From Sedimentisphaerales bacterium (GTDB lineage: Bacteria > Planctomycetota > Phycisphaerae > Sedimentisphaerales > Anaerobacaceae), in NCBI GenBank assembly GCA_963708075.1, contig OY970194.1:736001-800000 (forward strand): DNA of 64,000 nucleotides, written 5' to 3'. Made by a program: the position numbers and the translations under genes. This document shows, one piece after another, positions 9,562 to 19,488 of this stretch (the first letter of the stretch is position 1; the number at the start of each line of letters is the position of its first letter). A model generated the notes under the pieces. The model was not told where the DNA came from. It was given only the letters and a program-made list of their open reading frames with translations, and ran no database searches.

Positions 9562-10920
9562 ATGAGCACGCAGCGACCCACTGAGGGGAACGATCTGAGG
9601 CAGCGCACCTTCTGGCTGATCCGGCTTCGGTGGCTTGCCGCCGCCGCCGTGGCACTCGGCACGTTTGTGTGTGCTCGCATCTTTCACATGCCGGTGCAGG
9701 AAACGCTGCTGTACACAATCTCCGCATTGCTTTTTCTCTACAATGCCGCCATTCTTACCCTTTTGAGGCGTTTTGGTGACGCGGAGCACGGCGGGCGGGA
9801 GGTGAAATGGGTGATCGACTTCCAGATCTCCACGGATCTCGTCATCCTTACGCTCCTGCTGCACTCTTCGGGTGGCCCGGAGAATCCGCTCGTATTCTTC
9901 TTCATCTTTCACATGATCATTGCGAGCGTCCTTCTGTCGGTGTGGGAGAGCTACTTGCAGGCGACCCTGGCCGTGCTGCTTTTCGGTCTCCTGCTGCTGT
10001 CCGAATCTACCGGGCTCGTCTCTCACCATTGCCTGAAGGGATTCATCAAGCATTGCCGCTACGAGGAGGGAGCCTATCTCGGGGCCATGTTTGTCGCTTT
10101 TGCGATCACCATCTACCTAGTCGTGTACATGGCGAGTTATGTCGCCGTGAGACTCAAACGGGCGGAAGAGGCGCAGAAGATCGCAAACGAACGGCTTCGC
10201 GAAAAGGATCGCATCAAGGATGAGTACGTTGCGCACCTGACACATGATATCAAAGGCCACCTCGCGGCCATACAGAGTTGTCTCAGTGTCGCAGTCACGG
10301 ATTCGCTCTCGCCCCCGGCCGCCGAGTTTGTTCACCGGGCGTACGGCCGGACACAGAAACTGACCGGCTTTGTTCGCATGCTCCTGAGATTGACGCGGTT
10401 GAAGCTCGACGGGAGGCTGGAGATGGAGGCTTTCTCCGTGCCTGAGGCTGTTCGAGAAGCCACCGAGGCGGTTCGGCCCACAATGGAGCAGAAGTTCCTG
10501 CGTCTCGAATGCTCGCTCATCCCGGAGGCGACTGCCTCCGGGCACGCGGGCTCCTTCAAAGAAGCCATCGCTAACCTGCTGCTCAATGCCATCCGGTATA
10601 CCCCCGAGCACGGCACCGTCTCCGTGCGGGTGGACGTGCAGGCGGAGTCCGTTGTTGTGGAAATCACCGATACGGGGATAGGAATCCCGCAAGACGAGCA
10701 ACCTCATATTTTCGAGGAGTTTTACCGGGCGAGCAATGCCAGGCAGATGGAACACGAGGGTGACGGCCTGGGATTATCCCTGGTGAAACGTGTCGTCGAT
10801 CTGCACGGGGGAACGATCAATTTCTGCAGCCAGCCCGGCTGCGGCACGACCTTTCACATCATGCTCCCGGTCGTGGCGGAAAAGAGCATTCCAGAAGCGG
10901 TCGGAACCGCTGTCTCTTGA
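9562..10920 (+). CDS. Membrane sensor histidine kinase with a RegB/PrrB-like TM domain
   Basis: LIRLRWLA, about 6 TM helices, SGGPENPL loop, H-box THDIKGHL, NLLLNAIRYT, DTGIGI, IFEEFYR, GLGLSLVK. Confidence 0.93.
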   Translation: MSTQRPTEGNDLRQRTFWLIRLRWLAAAAVALGTFVCARIFHMPVQETLLYTISALLFLYNAAILTLLRRFGDAEHGGREVKWVIDFQISTDLVILTLLLHSSGGPENPLVFFFIFHMIIASVLLSVWESYLQATLAVLLFGLLLLSESTGLVSHHCLKGFIKHCRYEEGAYLGAMFVAFAITIYLVVYMASYVAVRLKRAEEAQKIANERLREKDRIKDEYVAHLTHDIKGHLAAIQSCLSVAVTDSLSPPAAEFVHRAYGRTQKLTGFVRMLLRLTRLKLDGRLEMEAFSVPEAVREATEAVRPTMEQKFLRLECSLIPEATASGHAGSFKEAIANLLLNAIRYTPEHGTVSVRVDVQAESVVVEITDTGIGIPQDEQPHIFEEFYRASNARQMEHEGDGLGLSLVKRVVDLHGGTINFCSQPGCGTTFHIMLPVVAEKSIPEAVGTAVS

Positions 10921-11106
10921 TTCGCCGTGTGAGCCAGGTGCTTTGCTTCGCTCAGCATGACAAACAGAGGGCTGTTCGACCACGAAACGTAGTCGCACAC
11001 GGCCGTGTTTCAAGCATCGAATGGCGTGGCATTCTCCGGGGCGATAGCCTATAATGCGCCGGCAGTGTTCGGTCTGATATTGTCTGGTTCATGCTGGAGG
11101 CCCGTC

Positions 11107-11586
11107 GTGATTGGTCCATTGTCCGGTGAGTGGTGGTTTCTTGTGGTCCTGGGTCTTTGCGCGGGTGTGGTCAGCGGCACGCTGGGACTGGGCAGCGGGA
11201 TCGTGGTCATTCCGGCCCTTGTCCTGCTCGGCGGGTTCGAACAGAAATCCGCGCAAGGTACGGCTTTGGCGGTGATGGTGCCGATGGCCCTTGTTGGAGC
11301 GATTCGGTACTGGAGAAACCCGCAGGTTGAGCTCAGCGGCATCGTGATTCTGCTGCTGGTGTTGGGAGCTGTGGCCGGTACGCTGGCAGGAACGGAATTG
11401 GCCGGCCGATTGCCTGCCGGCACTCTACGAAAGATTTTTGCCCTGGTTTTGATGATCGTAGCGATAAGGATGTTCACCGCCTCACCGCGGCCCGTGAACA
11501 TGCATCAGGAGGAAGGTCCGACCAACCAGTCGAGTCCGGAAGCGGCTGAACGTGGAGGTATCAATGACTCAGCAACACAACGGTAA
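11107..11586 (+). CDS. TSUP/TauE-SafE family small membrane transporter
   Basis: AGVVSGTLGLGSGIVVIPAL and AQGTALAVM motifs with 4 TM helices. GTG start at 11107 with GGAGG RBS. Confidence 0.88.
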   Translation: MIGPLSGEWWFLVVLGLCAGVVSGTLGLGSGIVVIPALVLLGGFEQKSAQGTALAVMVPMALVGAIRYWRNPQVELSGIVILLLVLGAVAGTLAGTELAGRLPAGTLRKIFALVLMIVAIRMFTASPRPVNMHQEEGPTNQSSPEAAERGGINDSATQR

Positions 11587-12322
11587 CGGACTTGTGCGAA
11601 TTTTCAGTGCCCGGGCATGTGCGGCGCCGCTGGAAAAGGCCGCCAAGCTCTTCGAGCAACAGACCGGCATCACAGTGGAGATCAGCGTGTGCAGCCGTCA
11701 CTGTGCCAAACCCGTGGCTGAAGAGGCGACGGGCGAGACCGGTGGCGACGATTTCCTCCTTGAGATCGCCGATGGAGGCATTCACGATCTGGCCATAGGC
11801 GGCGCGGAATACCTCCTCGACGATGGTGAGGTTAGAGGGATCGTGCAGAGGCGCAAACGCAGGACCATCGGTTATCGCACATCGGCAATCCTCGTGCCTG
11901 CCGGCAATCCGAAGAATATCCGTTCCGTGCAGGACATGGCCCGGCCCGGCGTGCGGATCGCCGTTTCCGTGATCGATTGCCTCAAAGGGCTGTGGGAGGA
12001 TGTCTGTGGCCGGCTGGGACTCGTTGAGCCGATCCGCAACAACATATGCTATTATGCGAACGGCTGCGTCGCCATTGTGGAGGCAGTGGCCACGAAGCAG
12101 GTGGATGCGGCGTTCGGCTGGACATCCTTCCGCCATCTGGAGTCCGACCGGATCGAGGTCATCGAGATGCCGAAAGATCAGCAGGTGGCGAGGGGGACGT
12201 GCGTGGGGATGCTGTCCTTTGCCCATCAACCCGCCTTGGCCGAGCGGTTCATGAATTTCCTGGCCTCGCCCGAGTCCCGGCGATTCTACAAGGAATACGG
12301 CTGGGTCGTCCCCGCTGAGTAG
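11564..12322 (+). CDS. ModA-like (PBP2 fold) substrate-binding protein, Cys-rich, no signal peptide
   Basis: AILVPAGNPKNIRSVQDMARPGVRIA, VDAAFGW and AERFMNFLASPESRRFYKEYGW are typical of molybdate-binding PBPs. GGAGGT RBS before ATG 11564. Confidence 0.8.
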   Translation: MTQQHNGNGLVRIFSARACAAPLEKAAKLFEQQTGITVEISVCSRHCAKPVAEEATGETGGDDFLLEIADGGIHDLAIGGAEYLLDDGEVRGIVQRRKRRTIGYRTSAILVPAGNPKNIRSVQDMARPGVRIAVSVIDCLKGLWEDVCGRLGLVEPIRNNICYYANGCVAIVEAVATKQVDAAFGWTSFRHLESDRIEVIEMPKDQQVARGTCVGMLSFAHQPALAERFMNFLASPESRRFYKEYGWVVPAE

Positions 12323-12337
12323 ACCGCCGCACAGGCA

Positions 12338-12655
12338 TTACGAGGTAGTGAGTGCGTTCCTGGCCCACTGCAGCGCCGCCGAGGCCCGAGGAAAGCCGAT
12401 CGTCGTGATCAACAGCAGGATCGCCTGGTAGACCTCCTCGTGCGTGGCCCCCGCCTGGACCGCCATCACGGCATGTCGCTGCAGGGCGGTAATCTGGTTG
12501 GCCGCCCCGGAAATGCCCACTTTGATCAGCTCCCGCGTCTTGCGGTCGAGCGGCCCGGACTCCGCACAGGCTTCACTCAGCCTCTGATGGGCCTCCCACA
12601 CATCCGGGTATTCCTTGACGAAACTCTGAAAATGCTCCGGTAAGGTCTCTTTCAT
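12338..12655 (-). CDS. Carboxymuconolactone decarboxylase/AhpD-like protein
   Basis: GPLDRKTRELIKVG...H...AGATHEEV...TTIGFP pattern; no CxxC. Confidence 0.88.
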   Translation of the reverse strand: MKETLPEHFQSFVKEYPDVWEAHQRLSEACAESGPLDRKTRELIKVGISGAANQITALQRHAVMAVQAGATHEEVYQAILLLITTIGFPRASAALQWARNALTTS

Positions 12656-13365
12656 CGTTCAACTCCGTCAGTGTCTCTGAACATCAAAGCCACAGCCAGC
12701 TCGCGGGCTTTCTGCGTTCTGAATGTGCGTTCGACAAACCCTCTGGCCTCGACGGCATCAATGCCACTGCCGCGTTCACCGACTCTCGCCAGCCACTCTG
12801 CATCCCAGAGAATCTTCGATTCCATGCTGTCCTCGACCTCTCCCCGGCAATGAGTCTCGATGATTCGACAGATGTGATCCGCCGGTTCAGCGTCCACACC
12901 ACATCGGGTGAGGATCCCCTTCACGGTGACTGAATTCTCCTCCGTCAGTGGAACTTCCCGGGCGGGGCATGGGCCGCCGATCGCGTGGAGAATCGCGGCC
13001 GCATTGACGGCACGAGCGTCGCCTCCCTCGCAGGACAGGATTTCCTGGGCGTTCCTGAAGACGGCAAGGGCGTGATCGATCGTCCGCTCATCCCGGCCGA
13101 AATGGCCTTTCATCTCCTTGATGAGTTTCTTGCAGAGGATGCTCTGCGGGTCCATCACCGCGCCAAGGCATTGCTCCGCATGCTGGCACCATTGGGCACA
13201 GCCGAGGTCCAGGCGGGGATTGACGATGACCTTTCGGCAGTGGGGGCACTTGACGCTCGGCTCGTCCTTCCAGAACTCTACCGCGGTCGCACAGTGCGGG
13301 CACTGGGCGTCAAAGATATCACCTGACTTCCAGAACCTCAGGTCCTGGCCCGGACATCTGACCAT
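12652..13365 (-). CDS. Zn-ribbon plus HD-like domain protein
   Basis: N-terminal CPGQD...CPHC...EFWKDE...CPHC...NPRLDLGCAQWC...EQC, then HALAV...AAILHAIG...ILWDAEWL (HD motif reads HA). AGGAGG RBS before ATG 13365. Confidence 0.8.
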   Translation of the reverse strand: MVRCPGQDLRFWKSGDIFDAQCPHCATAVEFWKDEPSVKCPHCRKVIVNPRLDLGCAQWCQHAEQCLGAVMDPQSILCKKLIKEMKGHFGRDERTIDHALAVFRNAQEILSCEGGDARAVNAAAILHAIGGPCPAREVPLTEENSVTVKGILTRCGVDAEPADHICRIIETHCRGEVEDSMESKILWDAEWLARVGERGSGIDAVEARGFVERTFRTQKARELAVALMFRDTDGVER

Positions 13366-13481
13366 TTCACGGTCCTCCTGCGACACAACGATCACTCTGT
13401 CTGTCGGCTACTCATCACGTGCTTACTTGTACGCAGGTGACCGATGCTTGTTTGGCAATGTTGCCTCAAGTCGCCTGTCGC

Positions 13482-15954
13482 TCAGGATTTCGACAGTGCG
13501 GGCGCTGGGGCCGGCTTGCGGGGTTTCTGATTTTCCGCACAGAACCTGGCCATCAGCTCCTTGGCGATGCGAGTTCGTTCCGGCGAGCCGTCCATTTTGA
13601 TAAACGCGTCTGCCAACTCCAGCAGTCCGGGATCGGCGGGATCGTCGCCGTAGTGCAACGCCGGATTGACAAACCCGGCATCCATGCCGCACTCGATCGC
13701 TCTCGCTGCATAGGCCCGGCACACACCGATAGCCCGGCCGGGGAGCTCGCCGGCGGCTGCATCGATTCTAAGAAGACAGTGGGATCGTTTCGTGGTTGGA
13801 TCGGTCCGGAGTCTTCTCATCGTCTCGAACGCACTGTACGTGCGTCCGCGACCGCCGGCGAGCGTCGGCTCGTCCTTAACCAACGGCACGGCCACCGGAT
13901 CAAAGAAGATTTGCCCGGGGCCGAAGCCATGTTGATTGACAGCTTTCTCGAAGAGTTGTCTGGCGGCATCACAGGCGTCATCTACGCCGGAGATACCGCT
14001 GATTGGGTCGCCAAGCAGGGCGACGAAGTTGAAGTCGTGCTCTCCCTTGAGAGCCATCAGCCTGTCGGCTGTCCTGGCCCGAATGGAGCTCAATAGTGGC
14101 GTTCTGACTGGCTGATTCGTGTTGTACCATTCCTTCAGGCCCGCGATCAGGGCGTCGTCAAAGCGGCTGTCAATGCACACCGGCACCCCGCGACCGCATT
14201 GGCGGACCAGGCGGACGTACTGCTTCATCATCTTGACGGCCAGTTGTCCTTCCTGGTCGCTGATCGCATCGACGTTCACGGCGATGTAGTCCGCCCCGTC
14301 GTCGGCCTGGCTCTGGATCAACGCTTTGATATAGCCCATGGGACCGGCAGATTGGTGGAACGCCGCTTCACCCAAATCGAGGATCTCTTTCATTACTTTG
14401 CCCGTCTTCGGATTCGAGGCGTTGACCTGATCGCCAATCGAGATCAGAGGGCTCTTCTTCGTATGATCCCTGCTGAACAGGTAGTTGAGGATAGACGACG
14501 TGTGCCGCAACTCCGGGTTCTCGCGGCCGGTTGATTGTTCCTCTCAGACGCTGTATGCCGTCATGCTCGGCGACGGCGGCATCGTAGATCTTCTCGCCTA
14601 TACAAATCTTGTCAAAGTTGTTTCCGCAGCGTCCATCGATCGTGGAGTCGCCGCAGGGGGCGTTGCTCAATCCTTTCTCACAGCCACCCATCGTGCAGCA
14701 TCCGAAGTTCTCCGGCAGGTAGCAATCGCCGCAGTCCTGGCACTCGAAAGCCGCGTACTTGATCGCTTTCTCCATCATGGCGAACGATCTGTATGCGAAG
14801 CCCGTTCCTTTTCCGGCCCCCACCAGGTGCATGAGGCCGCGACCCGCTTTGAAGCCTCCGTGCTCCGGGTCGAGGATCAGGCGGTGTGTCAGGTTGAAGC
14901 ATCGCTGTGCGAGGCGTTTCTTTCGTTTGCCGGGACTCGTTCGGCGGCCCGCCTCATCGTAGAGGTAGAAGCGATCCGCCCCGGGCCAGCAGAGATTGTC
15001 TTTGTATTTCTCCCAATCGCCACCGATTTGCTCGGCTCGGCGAAGAATCTTCAGAAATGTGTCAAAATCGAGCAATCCGCCGACGTCGGCGCCCGCCGCC
15101 CCGATGGCCTTATACATCGCCACCTGTTGCGCCGCTCGCTCGATGTGGTCCTCGATCTTCTCTCGCTGCAACTGAGCGAGCAGATCGTCGCTGACGAAGC
15201 AACCGGGGAGCTTGCCGTCATGCATCAAGCGAGGCGCAGGAGTCAGCGTCGTGAGCAGATACACGTTTCCCAGGACAGGGATGTCGATGTGAGTCTCCTG
15301 GAGGTACTGCATCAGCTCCAGGGACTTTCGCCAGTCGTAGCCAAGCTGCGTGATGAGGCATCTGGCTCCGGCGGCGGTCTTCTTTTCCATTTTATAGTAC
15401 TGCTGCATCTGTGAGGCTTCGGAGTACTTGAAGGGCGACACGGCAGCGGCGGGGAAGAACTGGGTGACGCTGTTCCACTGTCCCGGGCTCGCTTTCAGGT
15501 ATGCGGCGTCATTCATCCGCTGGATGAGCTGCAGCAGGCCGACGGACTCGACCTCGAAGACGCCCTGGGACCGGACCGGCTTGTCCCCGGTCAGGGCGAG
15601 TACGGACTCGACTCCGCGAGCGCGGAACGTGACAAGCGAGCTGGTGATCGCGTCGCTGTTGTGGTCTTTGCAACTCACGTGGGGAATGAAATCCAGCGGT
15701 CCCAGGAGGTCCGCCGCTTTGATTCGCGTGAGCACGTCCGCCGGCTCCAGATTGGCCACACCGCCCGGGCTCTGCGGCGCCGTGACGCCAACGAAATCGA
15801 AGCTCTGAGGAATGCTGTCCGCGCCCGCCTCCTTCGCGGCCTTCAGAAACTTCTCGATGGGGGCGAAATTGAACCCGGGACCGGCGGCCAACTCCGCCAC
15901 GATGACGAATTTTGATCTGTCGGTCAGACTTTTTGCCAGACTTTTAGCCTGCAT
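13482..15954 (-). CDS. metF: Methylene-THF reductase (MetF) fused to a MetV-like Cys-rich domain and a pterin-binding methyltransferase-like domain; apparent frameshift near 14520
   Basis: MetF barrel (PHVSCKDHN, LALTGD, AAVSPFK, ITQLGYD, PGCFV) and a CQDCGDC...CEKGLSNAPCG...GRC..C domain. Removing one base in CGCGAGAACCCG restores PRNPELRHTSSILNYLFSRDH and continues into an AcsE/MetH-like TIM barrel (ISIGDQVN, GADYIAVNV, CIDS, IFFDP). Confidence 0.85.
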
Positions 15955-16780
15955 GTGTGTACCTCCCGTTATTGTCGATCCGAATCCTCGTAGGGTCTGT
16001 ATAGATGTTGATCTTCCCGTTCCGGACGAATCCGCAAAGGGTGATATTCCACTTCTTGGCGGCGGTGATCGCGTAGGATGAGACGCCTGAGACGGCGACG
16101 ATCAACTCGATGCCGGCGCGGGCGGCCTTGGTCACGATTTCCAGACTGACTCGCCCGGAGAGCACGAGGCCGCAGCCTCGCATCTCGCGTTTCATCAACA
16201 GGCACTTGCCGATGGCCTTGTCGAGCGCGTTGTGCCGGCCGATGTCCTCGGCGAACGAAAGAATGGCGCCGTCGCGGTCGAACAGGGCCGCCGCGTGTGA
16301 GCTGCCCGTCAGCGCGAACGTTGCTTGCATCGGCCGGAGGTTCTCGACGGTTTCAAGGAGCAGCCCCTCGGACACTTCCAGTGTATGCGGGCATGCGGGC
16401 ACGTCCGACAGCATCTTCTGAATGTTGCGGACGCCGCACATGCCGCAGGAACTCGCCACGATGAGATTCCTTGCAATGTCGAGTTGAACGGGCCTCTGGA
16501 TCTCGATCCCGACGACATTCGGCAGATCATCCTTTGTCGCAATGGCCGTGATCTCATCGGCGCTGCGGATCATGCCCTCGGAGAAGATGAACCCTACAGC
16601 CAGCGCCTCGACATCGGACGGCGTGCACATCACGGTGAAGCTGCCGACGGTGTGAATCATGATAGTCAGCGGCTCCTCGACGATGACATAGTCGGCCACC
16701 GTTTCTACATGCGAGGCCTGATGGACGCGATGGATATCCACACGGTTCGTCGCTCGGCGCGTCATTAGCAGATCTTTCAT
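15944..16780 (-). CDS. fdhD: Formate dehydrogenase accessory sulfurtransferase
   Basis: VEEPL, MCTP, SSCGMCG, TGSSHAAA, EDIGRHNALDKAIG, SGRVS motifs. ATG 16780 overlaps the fdhA stop. Confidence 0.95.
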   Translation of the reverse strand: MKDLLMTRRATNRVDIHRVHQASHVETVADYVIVEEPLTIMIHTVGSFTVMCTPSDVEALAVGFIFSEGMIRSADEITAIATKDDLPNVVGIEIQRPVQLDIARNLIVASSCGMCGVRNIQKMLSDVPACPHTLEVSEGLLLETVENLRPMQATFALTGSSHAAALFDRDGAILSFAEDIGRHNALDKAIGKCLLMKREMRGCGLVLSGRVSLEIVTKAARAGIELIVAVSGVSSYAITAAKKWNITLCGFVRNGKINIYTDPTRIRIDNNGRYTHAG

Positions 16781-19482
16781 GGCACCGCCTTTATCTGTGC
16801 AGCGCATACCTTGTACTCGGGAATCTTTGCAATGGGATCCAGCGCATCGTGCGTGAGCGCGTTCGCCGGGCCCTCCTGAAAATGGAACGGCATGAATAGC
16901 CAACCTCTCTCGATTTTCGTCGTCACCCTGGCCCGGGTCGTCACCTGTCCTCGACGGGTGGTCACCTCAACCATCTGGTCGTTGGCGATGCCGAAGCGCT
17001 CCGCGTCATGGGCATGAATCTCCACATACCCGGTCGGCGAAACCTGATGGATCGCGCGGCTTTTACGCGTCATAGTGCCCGTGTGGAACTGGTAGAGCTG
17101 TCGGCCCGTGGACAAGACAAACGGGAATCCTTCACGAGGCATCTCCGCCGGGCTTTTGAACTCGACGGCGTGAAATTTGCCCTTGCCTCTCGTGAAGCGG
17201 TCCGCGTGGAGGTACTTCGTACCGGGATGCTGCCGGTCGGGGCAGGGCCATTGCAGGCCCTCTTTGTCGAGTCGCTCGAACGATATGCCTCCATAGATGG
17301 GCGTGACCGAAGCGATCTCCTCGGTGATCCGGGATGCCGATTCGTAGGCCATCGGATACCCCATCTTTGAGGCGACTTCGCAAATGATCTCCCAATCGTT
17401 GTGTGCCCGGCCGGGCGCCGTGACGGCCTTTCGTACTCGCTGCACTCTGCGCTCCGTGTTGGTGAAGGTGCCGTCCTTCTCCGCGAAACAGGCCGAAGGG
17501 AGCACCACGTCCGCATATTCCGCTGTCTCCGTCAGGAAGATGTCCTGCACGACCAGGAACTCGACGTCCTGCATCGCTTTTCGCGTGCGATTCAGGTTCG
17601 GGTCGGACAGGGCGGGATTCTCACCCATGATGTACAGGGCCTTGATCTTGTCGTGCTCGACGGCGTGCATCATCTCGATGACGGTCAGTCCTTTGCGATC
17701 CGGCAGGTCCACACCCCACGCCTGCTGAAACTTCTTGCGTGCCTGTGCATCCTCCGCCGACTGGTAGCCCGGATACACGTTCGGCAGGGCCCCCATGTCG
17801 CACGCGCCCTGCACGTTGTTCTGCCCCCGCAGAGGATTGACGCCGGCCGATTCCTTGCCCAAGTTGCCCGTCAACATCGCGAGATTCGCCAGTGTCAGCA
17901 CGTTATCCGTGCCAGTCGTATGCTGCGTGATCCCCATGCTGTAGATGATGCTCGCCGGCGAGGTGGTGGCGTACAAGCGTGCGGCTCGGCGGATCGCCTC
18001 TGCCGGGACAGTCGTGATTGTTTCCGCGTCTTCGGGTGTGAAGTCTCTGATCGTCTCGGCCAGCGCCGCAAAGTCCTCCGTACGCTCCCGAATGAACGGC
18101 TCGTTATGCAGTTTCTCAGCCACGATTACGTTCATCATGGCGTTGATCATCGCCACGTCGGTGCCCGGCTTGTGGGCCAGGTGCACCGCAGCGAAGCGGA
18201 CCAGGTCGATGCCCCGTGGGTCGGCCACGATGAGTTTCGCCCCATTCCAGACGACCGCCTCCTTGATGGCCAAGCCAATCACAGGGTGCGCCTCGGTCGT
18301 GTTCGAGCCGATGACGAAAATGCATCGGGCGTGTTTGATCTCCTCGATGGAGTTGGTCATGGCGCCGGAGCCGAACGCCTTGGCCAGACCGGCGACCGTG
18401 GAGGCGTGACACAACCTGGCGCAGTGGTCCACGTTGTTCGTGCCGACAGCCGCCCGCATGAATTTCTGGAAGACGTAATTCTCCTCGTTCGTGCACTTGG
18501 CCGAAGAGAGCCCGCCGATGCTGTCGGGACCGAAGGTTGCCTTGATTTCCTTGAGCCGGCTGGCAATGAGCCCAATCGCCTCGTCCCACGAGGCCTTCTC
18601 GAACGTTCCATTTCGCCTGATCAGAGGAGTCGTCAGTCGCTTGTCGCTCTTGACGAACTCCATCCCGAACCGGCCCTTGACACACAGATTGCCGTTGTTG
18701 GGGACCACTCCCGTGGGGCTGGTCACGCGCACGATTTCATTTTTGCCGTTGACGTTCAGATCGATTTGACATCCCACGCCGCAATAGACGCAGGTCGTCC
18801 GCGTTCGCGTGAGGTCCCTGGCTTGCCCTTTGCTTTCTGCCGCCCGTTCGTACAATGCGCCGGTCGGGCAGGTCGAGATGCACTGGCCGCAGAGCTCGCA
18901 CGTCGAATCGTTCAAGGGCATCCCGAAGGCCGTGGACACTTCGACCCAGGCCGCCCGGTCTTTGAATGTCAAGGCGCTGTCCATTTGCACTTCCTGGCAG
19001 ATCCGGATGCAGCGGCCACATCGAATGCACTTCTCCGGCCGATAGCGAATCGCCTCGTTGCCGGTGGTGTAGTTCTCCACAGCTTCGCCGGGCCCGGGTG
19101 CAGCAAAAGCTGCATCGGCAATCTGGTACTCATAGCCGTACTTCTGCAGCAGGCAATCGCCATTCCTGTCGCAGGTGGCGCACACGCCGCGATGCTCCGC
19201 AAACAGAAGCTCCAGAACGGTCCTTCGCAGCGCACGAATCTCGTCGGTATTCGTCTGGACGACCATTCCGTCGGCGATTGCGAACGTGCACGCGGTTACG
19301 GGCCCCCGTTGTCCCGCGACCGCCACCAGGCATAGTCTGCACGCGCCGGCGGGCTTGAGCCTCGGATCGTGGCACAGATTCGGGATCTCGATGCCATTCG
19401 CCTGGGCAACATTGAGAATGGTCTGACCGGCTTGGCCGGCCAGTTGGATTCCATCAATTGTAATTTTGATTTCCGACATCAC
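16777..19482 (-). CDS. fdhF: Formate dehydrogenase alpha subunit (Mo/W-bisPGD, Cys-type) with N-terminal [2Fe-2S]/[4Fe-4S] domains
   Basis: CHDP...GACRLC...C, CIRCGRCIRIC, CELCGQCISTC, CVYCGVGC...LCVKGRFG. Active site DHCARLCHAST, PLRGQNNVQG, and a C-terminal PEYKVCA. Confidence 0.96.
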   Translation of the reverse strand: MMSEIKITIDGIQLAGQAGQTILNVAQANGIEIPNLCHDPRLKPAGACRLCLVAVAGQRGPVTACTFAIADGMVVQTNTDEIRALRRTVLELLFAEHRGVCATCDRNGDCLLQKYGYEYQIADAAFAAPGPGEAVENYTTGNEAIRYRPEKCIRCGRCIRICQEVQMDSALTFKDRAAWVEVSTAFGMPLNDSTCELCGQCISTCPTGALYERAAESKGQARDLTRTRTTCVYCGVGCQIDLNVNGKNEIVRVTSPTGVVPNNGNLCVKGRFGMEFVKSDKRLTTPLIRRNGTFEKASWDEAIGLIASRLKEIKATFGPDSIGGLSSAKCTNEENYVFQKFMRAAVGTNNVDHCARLCHASTVAGLAKAFGSGAMTNSIEEIKHARCIFVIGSNTTEAHPVIGLAIKEAVVWNGAKLIVADPRGIDLVRFAAVHLAHKPGTDVAMINAMMNVIVAEKLHNEPFIRERTEDFAALAETIRDFTPEDAETITTVPAEAIRRAARLYATTSPASIIYSMGITQHTTGTDNVLTLANLAMLTGNLGKESAGVNPLRGQNNVQGACDMGALPNVYPGYQSAEDAQARKKFQQAWGVDLPDRKGLTVIEMMHAVEHDKIKALYIMGENPALSDPNLNRTRKAMQDVEFLVVQDIFLTETAEYADVVLPSACFAEKDGTFTNTERRVQRVRKAVTAPGRAHNDWEIICEVASKMGYPMAYESASRITEEIASVTPIYGGISFERLDKEGLQWPCPDRQHPGTKYLHADRFTRGKGKFHAVEFKSPAEMPREGFPFVLSTGRQLYQFHTGTMTRKSRAIHQVSPTGYVEIHAHDAERFGIANDQMVEVTTRRGQVTTRARVTTKIERGWLFMPFHFQEGPANALTHDALDPIAKIPEYKVCAAQIKAVP

Positions 19483-19488
19483 TTCTCG

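Noticed and set aside
18400..18430. Possible selenocysteine in the FDH active site
   Set aside because: The ligand codon is TGT (Cys) in CARLCHAS and the ORF has no in-frame TGA.
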